This document shows positions 44,656-53,631 of a stretch of DNA of 64,000 nt, one piece after another. The stretch is from Methanobacteriota archaeon (GTDB taxonomy: Archaea > Thermoplasmatota > Poseidoniia > Poseidoniales > Thalassarchaeaceae). Numbering within the stretch: the first letter of the stretch is position 1; every line of letters starts with the position of its first letter. The notes under the pieces are model-generated. The model was not told the origin of the DNA and did no database searches. It saw only the letters and a program-made list of their open reading frames with translations. Where the stretch lies: contig PBMO01000035.1 of NCBI GenBank assembly GCA_002722595.1, forward strand, positions 49-64,048, read 5' to 3'. The position numbers were made by a program, and so were the translations under genes.

Positions 44656-45790
44656 TGAAGATTTCAAGCCCGGGTCTATTGTGTTGGGTGCAGATCAAGC
44701 CACCACCTTACAATCAGCACCTGCATTGACCGGCACCACCGCCATACTAACAGGGCAAGAAACAATGCCAGCGGAGTCTCAAGAGAATTACAACTTCATT
44801 ACGGGACCTGATGGTCAAACGTATGCAGTAAAGGATACACCCTTTGTCTGGAAGAAATTCTTCATCGGTTTAGGGGTGCCACTTTTCTTGATGATAGTTC
44901 CAATTATTCTTGCATCTATGGCTACTGTAATGGACGATAACAGGTGGGAAGATCAGTATACTGATTCAAGGGTTGACTTAGAACGAGAAAATAATGGTAC
45001 ACAATATTCGGGATATATTGCAGAAAATTTTGATGAGATTGGTGGTTGCTCATTCTTCAACACTGACTACTGGAGTGACAGCAGGCCAAACTCCAGCTAT
45101 TATGAATGCGACCAGTATGTTAGGGAAGATAGATTTGCTGATGGTGGTGGTTGGACCGCAGATTATCTGATTTACCGACAAACCAATATTCTCGAAACTA
45201 TGACGCGTGGGGAGGGGACCAATTATTCAGCCCAATACGAAATATTTGAGGGCGGAATAGAGAACTGCTATATTTACCCTGATGATGCTAGTAAAAATGA
45301 ATACGTAGAATATTGGTGTGCCCCAATTTACCAAGATACTAATGATGTGATTTATGGACGAAACCAATCCGGACATATGTCCTATGTAGGCCAAATCTGG
45401 AGAAATAACCACACGATCAATTTTGATGATGGAACAGATTATGGCTCAGACATCGAGATTAGAGTTTACATTTATGAGTTGGTAGGTAGTATCGATTACC
45501 AAACTGGACAAGTTCAATACGACGACGGCGAATGGGACGGAGACTCACTTACCTTTTACGTTGAGACACACAATTGGGACTATGATGATGAACAGCAGGA
45601 TAGGATTGAAACATTGTATGGGGCTTCTGTAGTGCTTTGCTTGTTGGCACCACTTGTTGGAATTATATTCATCATTTATGGATTTGCAGCAGGTGGTAAA
45701 GCAATGGGAATCGGTGCTAGTGTTTCACTAGTATTGTATCCCTTTGTAGCATTCTTTGGATGTATCGCTGCACTTTCAGGCGGCTTCTAA
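44648..45790 (+). CDS. hypothetical membrane protein (1 N-proximal TM, Tyr/Asp-rich extracytoplasmic domain, 2 C-terminal TM)
   Basis: The ATG at 44648 overlaps the radical SAM stop by 8 nt. TM1 is FFIGLGVPLFLMIVPIILASMATVM. A roughly 250-aa domain rich in D/Y/E/N/G with 4 Cys follows. I recognise no family motif. Confidence 0.55.
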   Translation: MNDEDFKPGSIVLGADQATTLQSAPALTGTTAILTGQETMPAESQENYNFITGPDGQTYAVKDTPFVWKKFFIGLGVPLFLMIVPIILASMATVMDDNRWEDQYTDSRVDLERENNGTQYSGYIAENFDEIGGCSFFNTDYWSDSRPNSSYYECDQYVREDRFADGGGWTADYLIYRQTNILETMTRGEGTNYSAQYEIFEGGIENCYIYPDDASKNEYVEYWCAPIYQDTNDVIYGRNQSGHMSYVGQIWRNNHTINFDDGTDYGSDIEIRVYIYELVGSIDYQTGQVQYDDGEWDGDSLTFYVETHNWDYDDEQQDRIETLYGASVVLCLLAPLVGIIFIIYGFAAGGKAMGIGASVSLVLYPFVAFFGCIAALSGGF

Positions 45791-45851
45791 TCAGGATTCT
45801 GAGTCAAATCAATCCGGATTATTGATAGATTAATTCCGCTCGCCCCCCAAT

Positions 45852-46523
45852 ATGACAGACAACCCAACTCCCAAACTGTATGCTGAAGCCGTTGGCACAT
45901 TTGCACTGACTTTCGTCGGTGCAGGTGCGATATGGGTTACAGGTGATGATTTACTAGCAGTCGCAACTGCGCATGGACTAATTCTTGCAGTAATGGTTAC
46001 AGCAACAATGAACATTTCCGGTGCACACATCAATCCGGCAATTACAATCGGTTTCATGGCCACAAAAAGGATTGAAACGAAATTAGGTTGGATGTATATT
46101 GGGTCTCAATTGGCTGGTGCATTAATTGCGGGTGCTATCCTCTATTCAATTGGTGCTGGCGGAGTTGGAACACCTGCACCAGGGGAATTCCCTGGACTGA
46201 ATGGCGGACCTGTTGCAACAGAACAAGCAATCCTAATTGAGGCCGTTCTCACATTCCTACTAATGACCGTAATTATGGGTACTGCTGTTGATGATAGAGC
46301 TCCTGCAGGAATTGCTGGGTTTGGCATTGGCTTGGTTGTCATGGCAGACATTTTGATGGGTGGTCCACTCACAGGTGCTGCAATGAATCCAGCGCGCTGG
46401 GCTGGTGTTTGGGTATTTGGTGATATGGCCAACAACATAGATCTGATTATCTATACCGTTGGGCCAGTTATTGGCGCATTACTTGGAGTATTACTCTGGG
46501 ATAAAATGGCCTCTGAAGAATAG
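45852..46523 (+). CDS. aqpM: aquaporin / MIP family channel
   Basis: Both NPA boxes are present: SGAHINPAITIG and GAAMNPARWAG. The protein is 223 aa with six hydrophobic helices. Confidence 0.9.
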   Translation: MTDNPTPKLYAEAVGTFALTFVGAGAIWVTGDDLLAVATAHGLILAVMVTATMNISGAHINPAITIGFMATKRIETKLGWMYIGSQLAGALIAGAILYSIGAGGVGTPAPGEFPGLNGGPVATEQAILIEAVLTFLLMTVIMGTAVDDRAPAGIAGFGIGLVVMADILMGGPLTGAAMNPARWAGVWVFGDMANNIDLIIYTVGPVIGALLGVLLWDKMASEE

Positions 46524-46574
46524 TCGTAATTTTCTTTCAGAACATTTCATATCTCACCCATTGAACCCATTTCC

Positions 46575-47636
46575 ATGACTTGGCCAAGCCGTTCAGATCA
46601 ATTTGTACCAGACCCAATTCAAGATCGGATTTACTTGAGTAAGAAAATAGGTGGATATTCAGGAAAGCGAATTTACGATCCTTCTACCCCTGCTACAAAT
46701 GCATATTACAATTTGCGAGAAGGGGACTTTTCTAAAGACATGAGCCATTCAAGGTTTTCATTATTCCTCAAATCTCCACGATCATTTTGGCTAAGATATA
46801 ATCAAGGTTTCGTGGAAAAATATGACGGACCACAATTTACATTGAATAATAGGGTGGGCACTCTTGCTGAAGCTCACTTTGACTTGCTCAGAGGAAATAG
46901 TCCGTTGTCACCTTCTCCTTTGCTTGCAGGGACTGAATTTGAGAATTGTTTACCCTTCATTCACCCTCATGATCCTGATTTCATTGAAACTTTTTGTGGG
47001 CGTCGGACACATTCTTGGTCATGGGCTCGCACCCATGGATTCCTTTTCCAACGCGCATCGGATCCACACCCCATGCTCAATGTTTACGGGGAACCCGATG
47101 AATTAGTTGAATTTACAGACGAAAAAGGGCAACAATGGATTGTGATTATCGACTTTAAAGCCAAGAGTACTAATCCACATTATGGAGAGAGCAATGAATA
47201 TTCTCCCGAAGAATTGAATAAGAGAGGAATACCCAAGCACTTTGGAGAAAATTTTGGCGTATCACATCGTATTCAATTAGAATTTTATGCATGGTTGCTT
47301 GAGAAAATTATTCAGCGAGATAATTTACCTCACAAAGTTTACCCAGTAGGTCACCATGTAATTTTCAATGTTGGTTGGGAACAAGATGACATATTCAATG
47401 GGACATCATCACTGAATTTAGAAATGTCTAGTTACAATGTTTCAGTACCACTTGATTGGAGTTGGATTGAACCCTCAATTGAACTTGCTCTCGAGTGTAT
47501 ATTAGATCCAAACTTACCTGAAAAACAGGGCCTCCCCACTAGAAATGGCCGAGGTGCAGAGAAATTTTATGATTTTGAAGTGTTTGATGACAGATACGAA
47601 TGGATGCAGAACCAGCACCCGGGTTCTTGGCCCTAG
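46575..47636 (+). CDS. hypothetical protein, possible PD-(D/E)xK (RecB/Cas4-like) nuclease fold
   Basis: GEPDELVEF...WIVIIDFKAKS (hhh-D-x-K) is followed by RIQLEFYAWLL (QxxxY), the motif order of RecB-family nucleases. No Cys cluster is present. The call rests on motifs only. Confidence 0.45.
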   Translation: MTWPSRSDQFVPDPIQDRIYLSKKIGGYSGKRIYDPSTPATNAYYNLREGDFSKDMSHSRFSLFLKSPRSFWLRYNQGFVEKYDGPQFTLNNRVGTLAEAHFDLLRGNSPLSPSPLLAGTEFENCLPFIHPHDPDFIETFCGRRTHSWSWARTHGFLFQRASDPHPMLNVYGEPDELVEFTDEKGQQWIVIIDFKAKSTNPHYGESNEYSPEELNKRGIPKHFGENFGVSHRIQLEFYAWLLEKIIQRDNLPHKVYPVGHHVIFNVGWEQDDIFNGTSSLNLEMSSYNVSVPLDWSWIEPSIELALECILDPNLPEKQGLPTRNGRGAEKFYDFEVFDDRYEWMQNQHPGSWP

Positions 47637-47639
47637 ATT

Positions 47640-50600
47640 TCACATATTGCGGCGGTACTGCCCGCCCACATCGAATAGCGCGTCTGTTATTTGACCGAGA
47701 CTGGCTAATTTGACAGTCTCCATCAATTCAGTAAAGACGTTACCACCCGTCCGAGCAACTTCTTGCAAACGTGCAAGTGCCTCTGGTGCTTCCTTCGAGT
47801 GCGTTTTGTGGAACTGGGCAAGACGTGACAAGCAACCTTGCTTTTCCTCGGGTGTTGCTCTAGCCAGCTCCATGTCGAACTCATCTGCACTAGACTCATC
47901 AAATGCCACAGCATTTGGGTTCTCAAAGAAGTTGACACCTGTGATGGGCAATTCACCCGAATGCTTCTGCTCTTCGTAGTAGAGTGATTCGTCTTGGATC
48001 TTGCCACGCTGATACATAGTTTCCATGGCTCCGAGAACACCTCCACGCTCTGCAATCCGCTCAAACTCGGTCAGGACTGCTTCTTCAACAAGATCGGTCA
48101 ATTCGTCGACGATGAATGAACCTTGGAGTGGATTCTCGGTCTTGGTCCAACCACTCTCTTTGTTGACAATGAGTTGGACGGCCAAGGCCCTGCGAACACT
48201 TTCTTCTGTGGGTGTAGTGATTGCCTCATCGTATGCATTGGTGTGCAAACTGTTGGCTTGGTCTTGGACTGCGAGCAGTGCTTGGAGCGTGGTCCGAATA
48301 TCGTTGAAGTCGATCTCCTGCGCGTGAAGACTGCGTCCACTGGTCTGAATGTGGTACTTCAATTTCTGAGAACGCTCATTGCCGCCATATAAATCTCTCA
48401 TGGCAACCGACCAAATTCGACGTGCAACACGACCAATTACTGTGTATTCAGGATCTAAACCATTGGAGAAGAAGAACGAGAGGTTGGGTGCAAAATCATC
48501 GATATCCATGCCACGGCTTCGATAGTATTCGACATAGGTAAAACCGTTTGCTAATGTGAATGCGAGTTGACTGATTGGGTTCGCACCTGCCTCCGCAATA
48601 TGGTACCCGGATATGCTGACGGAGTAATGGTTTCGAACCCCTTCGTCGATGTAGAATTGCTGCACGTCTCCCATCAACTTGAGACTAAACTCTGTCGAGA
48701 AGATGCAAGTGTTCTGTGCTTGATCTTCCTTGAGAATGTCAGCCTGAACAGTCCCTCGTACTGTCTGCAAAGTATTCTGTGAAATTTCTGCATACTCTTC
48801 TTTGGTTGGTTCCCGTCCATTTTCTTCACTGAACTTGGTTACCTGTTGTCGGATGGCCGCGTTGAAGAACATCGCAAGTATGATTGCAGCCGGCCCGTTG
48901 ATGGTCATCGATACGCTAGTGTTTGGATCACACAAATCAAATCCATCGAAAAGTGTACTCATTTCATCTACAGTGTAGATACTTACACCCGATTCACCGA
49001 CTTTACCGTAAATATCCGGCCTTGTATGTGGGTCCCTTCCATATAGGGTGACACTGTCAAAAGCAGTTGACAATCTAGCATAGTCTTCTCCTTTCGATAG
49101 ATAGTGAAATCGTTTGTTGGTACGTGCTGCAGGTCCTTCGCCAGCAAACATCCGTGTTGGTAACTCATCGGCCCGCTTGAATGGGAATACACCAGATGTG
49201 TAAGGGAAGGTGCCAGGGACATTTTCTCGGCGTAACCATCCAAGAAGTTCACCAGCATCTGCAAAGTTTGGTAATGCCACTCTTGGAATAATAGAGTGTG
49301 CTAGAGATTGGGTAGTAGTATCTACAGAAAAGTCTCTCCCTCTTACTTGATAGGTGTATGTGCCGCTACGATATTGCTTTGCCTTTTCTTCAAAGTCTCC
49401 GATCATCTTCCAGACGATTGGATGTATTGTGTTTCGAATTTCTTCTGCTTGAATGCGTATGTCAGCAACTGCAGTTGCGGCTCCCGTAGAGAGTGTCGTC
49501 CCTGTTCCATCAGCTAGGCTTGCCATATGCCGTGCAGCACCTTCCAATTGCTGCACAAGTCGAACCTTTTCCGACATTTCATCACTTCGTGAATGATAAC
49601 CTCTAATCGTTCGAGAAATATCTGCAAGGTAGTGAATACGCTCTGGAGGGATGATATGCTGGGGTTCAGGCATCCCACTCTCTGGCAATTGTGGTTCGCG
49701 TGCTGCGAGAATCATACCATGTCGTTCTGAAAGGATTGCTGCTAATCTTTCCCACAGTAAATCTACACCTGGATCAGAGAATTGATTAGCAATTGTTGGA
49801 ATTACTGGTAGCGCATGTTCTTCCATTTCGAATAAATTCCGATTTCGCTTGACCTGTTTCCGAATTGCTCGCAATGCATCTTCGGCTCCACGTTTTTCGA
49901 ATTTGTTGAGTATTACTAGGTCGGCTACATCCAGCATCTCAATTTTTTCTAGCTGGGTGTGCGCTCCAAATTCACTGGTCATCACATACAAACTGACATC
50001 GCTGACGTCTGTGATAGCATCACTACCTTGTCCGATACCACTTGTTTCAACAAAAATGAGGTCATATCCCGTTGCCTGACAAACTTCAATGGCTTCTCGT
50101 GTTTTTTCAGACAACTCCTTTCCACTAGAACGGCTGGCTAGACTACGCATGAATAATTGATCACTAGTGAGAGTATTCATCCGAATTCGGTCCCCAAGTA
50201 ACGCACCTCCAGTCCTTTTTCTTGTTGGGTCTGTGCAAAGTAATGCGATATTTAGTTCGGGATTCTGAGTGGTTATTCGACGCATTAATTCATCCAAGAG
50301 ACTTGATTTTCCAGCACCACCTGTCCCAGTAAAACCGATGACTGGGACACGTTCATTCATGGGACGACTTCGACACAACTTCAGTGATTGAGCGAAGGTA
50401 ACAGGGTCGGCATTTTCAGCAACGGAAATGAGCCTTGCAACTTTTTCTCTCTGGTGTGGGGTGACTGGTGAGTTGAGTCCCATATCTTGGCCTAATAGAT
50501 TGCATTCACTTGCCTGTTTAACCAAATCATCAATCATGCCGAGAAGCCCCATCTGTCGACCATCATCGGGTGAATAGATTCGAGTGATTCCTGCAGCGTG

Positions 50601-50972
50601 CAAGTCTCTAATTTCTGGCGGAGTAATTGTTCCACCACCGCCTCCAAATATCCTAATTTCCGGTCGTCCGGCTGCGTTTAGGAGTTCACGAATGTAAGTG
50701 AAATATTCCATGTGGCCACCTTGATATGATGTCAAGGCCACTGCATGTGCATCTTCTTCGATTGCGGCTTTTACCACATCCAGTGCACTTCGATCATGCC
50801 CAAGATGAATGACTTCACAACCGGCTGCCTGAATGAGTCTTCGCATGACGTTGATGGCTGCATCATGTCCGTCGAATAATGAGGCCGCAGTGACCACGCG
50901 TAATGGGGTGCCAGATGCATCGAAAGCACTACTGGCATCATCTGCAGCCGGTGCGGATGCTCCACTCACCAT
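47640..50972 (-). CDS. icmF: fused isobutyryl-CoA mutase (IcmF-like): B12-binding domain - MeaB-like G protein - acyl-CoA mutase catalytic domain
   Basis: B12 domain VVTAASLFDGHDAAINVMRR (DxH). G domain GFTGTGGAGKSSLLDEL and VILNKFE (NKxE). A large C-terminal mutase barrel (FPYTSGVFPFKR, GPAARTNKRFHYL). The ATG at 50972 is preferred. The track start at 51086 overlaps the upstream gene. Confidence 0.85.
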   Translation of the reverse strand: MVSGASAPAADDASSAFDASGTPLRVVTAASLFDGHDAAINVMRRLIQAAGCEVIHLGHDRSALDVVKAAIEEDAHAVALTSYQGGHMEYFTYIRELLNAAGRPEIRIFGGGGGTITPPEIRDLHAAGITRIYSPDDGRQMGLLGMIDDLVKQASECNLLGQDMGLNSPVTPHQREKVARLISVAENADPVTFAQSLKLCRSRPMNERVPVIGFTGTGGAGKSSLLDELMRRITTQNPELNIALLCTDPTRKRTGGALLGDRIRMNTLTSDQLFMRSLASRSSGKELSEKTREAIEVCQATGYDLIFVETSGIGQGSDAITDVSDVSLYVMTSEFGAHTQLEKIEMLDVADLVILNKFEKRGAEDALRAIRKQVKRNRNLFEMEEHALPVIPTIANQFSDPGVDLLWERLAAILSERHGMILAAREPQLPESGMPEPQHIIPPERIHYLADISRTIRGYHSRSDEMSEKVRLVQQLEGAARHMASLADGTGTTLSTGAATAVADIRIQAEEIRNTIHPIVWKMIGDFEEKAKQYRSGTYTYQVRGRDFSVDTTTQSLAHSIIPRVALPNFADAGELLGWLRRENVPGTFPYTSGVFPFKRADELPTRMFAGEGPAARTNKRFHYLSKGEDYARLSTAFDSVTLYGRDPHTRPDIYGKVGESGVSIYTVDEMSTLFDGFDLCDPNTSVSMTINGPAAIILAMFFNAAIRQQVTKFSEENGREPTKEEYAEISQNTLQTVRGTVQADILKEDQAQNTCIFSTEFSLKLMGDVQQFYIDEGVRNHYSVSISGYHIAEAGANPISQLAFTLANGFTYVEYYRSRGMDIDDFAPNLSFFFSNGLDPEYTVIGRVARRIWSVAMRDLYGGNERSQKLKYHIQTSGRSLHAQEIDFNDIRTTLQALLAVQDQANSLHTNAYDEAITTPTEESVRRALAVQLIVNKESGWTKTENPLQGSFIVDELTDLVEEAVLTEFERIAERGGVLGAMETMYQRGKIQDESLYYEEQKHSGELPITGVNFFENPNAVAFDESSADEFDMELARATPEEKQGCLSRLAQFHKTHSKEAPEALARLQEVARTGGNVFTELMETVKLASLGQITDALFDVGGQYRRNM

Positions 50973-51052
50973 GTGTTTGCGAGACCTATCCAGCGCTTGA
51001 GACCATCGGCGGTGGCCGTAGGCCACCGTGCGCATACGCGAGATGATTGGTT

Positions 51053-52873
51053 TCACGCGTACATATCTTCGATTTCCGAGGACCAATTCTCACGAATTTG
51101 TATTCTCCTAATTTTTAGTGTAGGAGTCAATTCCCCATCATCAACGGTAAAGTCTCGCGGCAAGATTGTAAACTTCTTGACTTGTTCAGGTGGCGCAAAT
51201 TGCTTGTTAAGCTCCATGACCTGTTGTTCAATCTCTGCGTGAATATCTTCGCTATCAGTATATTCTGAAAGTTGATGCCCTTTCTCATTGAGGAGTGCAA
51301 TCTGCTTTGCTGGATCTTTTGGTAGATGAGCCCCATCCATGCCAAATTTATCTCGAAGAATCGCCGACACATCTAGTGTAACCAATCCGCTGCAGAATTT
51401 CCGAGCATCTCCTACTAAGAAAAATTGTGAAATCAGTGGAATTGATTTCATGGTTTCTTCAATGACGAGAGGTGCGATGTTCTTTCCTCCAGAACTGACA
51501 TACAATTCCTTCTTTCGTCCAGTGATTGTCACGAATCCATCCGAATCAATCTTGCCAATATCTCCAGATCTTAACCAACCATTATCCATGACCTCAGCAG
51601 TTGCTTCAGGATTCTTGTAATATCCTTTCATCACGTGGCGTCCACGGAACATGATTTCGCCATCAGTATCTGTCTTGAGTTCAGTTCCACCAGGCATTGT
51701 TCTTCCCACCGAACCGATTTTCACGTTTTTCGGATAATTAATTGAAGCACCCGCAGTAGTTTCAGTCATACCATATCCTTCAAACAGTGGCACTCCGATG
51801 AGGTCGAATAAACGGAGGATATCAGGATTGATTGGTGCAGCTCCAGTGATGGCGTATTTACAATTGAGCATACCGATCTTTCGCTTAACTGCCTTCTGTA
51901 AAACCTTCTTCAGAACAGGAATTTTTAGGCCGATGCGAATAACTGCCTTGGAATCCAACGTGCTCTTGAGGTTAGAGTATATTTTCTCATAAATTCGTGG
52001 GACACCAATGAATAGTGCTGGTTGAACCTTCTTAGAATAGTCAACTGCATGAAGGGCATTATCCACGACGTGCATGTGCATAGCATCCCTAACCCAGAGG
52101 TGATTATCAGCGGCTTGTCCAAAGACGTGTGCTAGAGGTAGCCAAGAAACATATCCATCTCCTGGGTCAAATCGCACAATTTTGGCAATACATGCTAATT
52201 CGAAAGCAAAGTTGTCGTGGGTGAGTTCAACTCCTTTCGGATTACCAGTTGTTCCTGAAGTGTAAATTAGTGAGGAGGTGTCATGTGGATCAATTCCTGC
52301 CATTCGTTCGCGAACTAATTTCTCATCCACATCCTTTCCGATATCCAGGAAATCAGACCATGAAATCGACTTTTCACTCCCCATTGTTCCTGAACCATCC
52401 AAAATTATAGCCTTCTCAATCAATGGTAATTTGTCCATAATCTTGTCCATTCTGGTTGTAGGCATCTTTGATGCGTCGCCACCTCCCTGAGGATTCGTAC
52501 CAACGAACACAAACTTTGATTCTGAATTTCCAACAACCCATTCCACCTCTTCAGGTGAGCAAGTATGGTATACACCAACGGCAACACCATTCATCATTTG
52601 AGTTGCAGCATATATCAGATACCACTCGGGCCGATTGTAAGAATAGATGCTGACTTTGTCATCTTTTTCATACCCAAGAGCATGCAAAGACTTTGCAATT
52701 TCCAGAGTTTTTGCAAGCACATCGGACCACGTATAAGTGTCCCATTCCCAAGCAACACCACGTTCTGGTTCACCTTTCCTAGTTGACAAGGCAGGCATGT
52801 TTCCGTATTTTTCAGCATTTCTAAACAGATATTCGGGGGTCGTCATCTCATCTGACATATTACTGCTAGGCAA
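51053..52873 (-). CDS. long-chain acyl-CoA synthetase (AMP-forming, FadD-like)
   Basis: AMP-binding motif IYTSGTTGNPKGVELTH, GYGMTETT, GWLRSGDIG and GRKKELYVSSGGKNIAP. Confidence 0.85.
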   Translation of the reverse strand: MPSSNMSDEMTTPEYLFRNAEKYGNMPALSTRKGEPERGVAWEWDTYTWSDVLAKTLEIAKSLHALGYEKDDKVSIYSYNRPEWYLIYAATQMMNGVAVGVYHTCSPEEVEWVVGNSESKFVFVGTNPQGGGDASKMPTTRMDKIMDKLPLIEKAIILDGSGTMGSEKSISWSDFLDIGKDVDEKLVRERMAGIDPHDTSSLIYTSGTTGNPKGVELTHDNFAFELACIAKIVRFDPGDGYVSWLPLAHVFGQAADNHLWVRDAMHMHVVDNALHAVDYSKKVQPALFIGVPRIYEKIYSNLKSTLDSKAVIRIGLKIPVLKKVLQKAVKRKIGMLNCKYAITGAAPINPDILRLFDLIGVPLFEGYGMTETTAGASINYPKNVKIGSVGRTMPGGTELKTDTDGEIMFRGRHVMKGYYKNPEATAEVMDNGWLRSGDIGKIDSDGFVTITGRKKELYVSSGGKNIAPLVIEETMKSIPLISQFFLVGDARKFCSGLVTLDVSAILRDKFGMDGAHLPKDPAKQIALLNEKGHQLSEYTDSEDIHAEIEQQVMELNKQFAPPEQVKKFTILPRDFTVDDGELTPTLKIRRIQIRENWSSEIEDMYA

Positions 52874-52911
52874 CTAGGCCTCACTTAACGTTCTCCCCGA
52901 ACGATTGACCG

Positions 52912-53631
52912 TTAAATTCGGAGCGCTGAGGCGAAAGATTTCCGCCAATCTAAGCCACCGTTTCGGTTCGCAAAGGGTGACGCGGGGCTCGGATGTGGAA
53001 CCCAATCGACCTCGATTTCATCAAACAATTTTGACGCCTGTTTCTGAGCATATCGACCAACACCAATCACACGCTCGATTTGCATTTCTGCAACCACAGT
53101 TAGTAGATGTTCATCACATATCAGCTTCAATTTGTTTGCAGCCTTTCCTATGAGTTTGTCTGGAGTTATATTTTGCCCTGCATCATTGAACATCCATAGT
53201 GGGCAATGATTCACGATGTATATGTCCTCACTGACCTTCTCTGGTGTGCTATAGTGTTGTGAAAGAAACGACCAAATCCGTCTTCCGCTGACCTCCGGTT
53301 TTGGACAATTTAATCCATACACAGTTCTCTTTGGATGAACTGGATCTGGCTGTTTCACCTCCAAATCTGTTATTCCAAGAAAATCACGGACCTGTTCAGG
53401 GCATCCAAATGGTACACCGGTATTCCCCATGCCATGCCCTGGATTCATACCAACTAGGAGCGTGGTTGCTCCATTCCCAGAAAATCTTCGAATCCATTCT
53501 TCATGAGGTGCCCAAGCATAGTCTAATGGGTTGTAAATCCAATCAATTTGCTTGCAATTTTTCAACAACGATGGCGTGAGTGAGTTCACAGAATCTCGGA
53601 GCCTAGCAGCGGCTTCAATTATGGAATCCAT
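52912..53631 (-). CDS. SMUG1-like uracil-DNA glycosylase (UDG family 3)
   Basis: LLVGMNPGHGMGNTGVPFG corresponds to GMNPGPxGMAQTGVPF, and VPHPSPASPFANRN to HPSPxNPxAN. The ATG shares one base with the upstream stop (TAATG, 53633-53629). Confidence 0.75.
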   Translation of the reverse strand: MDSIIEAAARLRDSVNSLTPSLLKNCKQIDWIYNPLDYAWAPHEEWIRRFSGNGATTLLVGMNPGHGMGNTGVPFGCPEQVRDFLGITDLEVKQPDPVHPKRTVYGLNCPKPEVSGRRIWSFLSQHYSTPEKVSEDIYIVNHCPLWMFNDAGQNITPDKLIGKAANKLKLICDEHLLTVVAEMQIERVIGVGRYAQKQASKLFDEIEVDWVPHPSPASPFANRNGGLDWRKSFASALRI

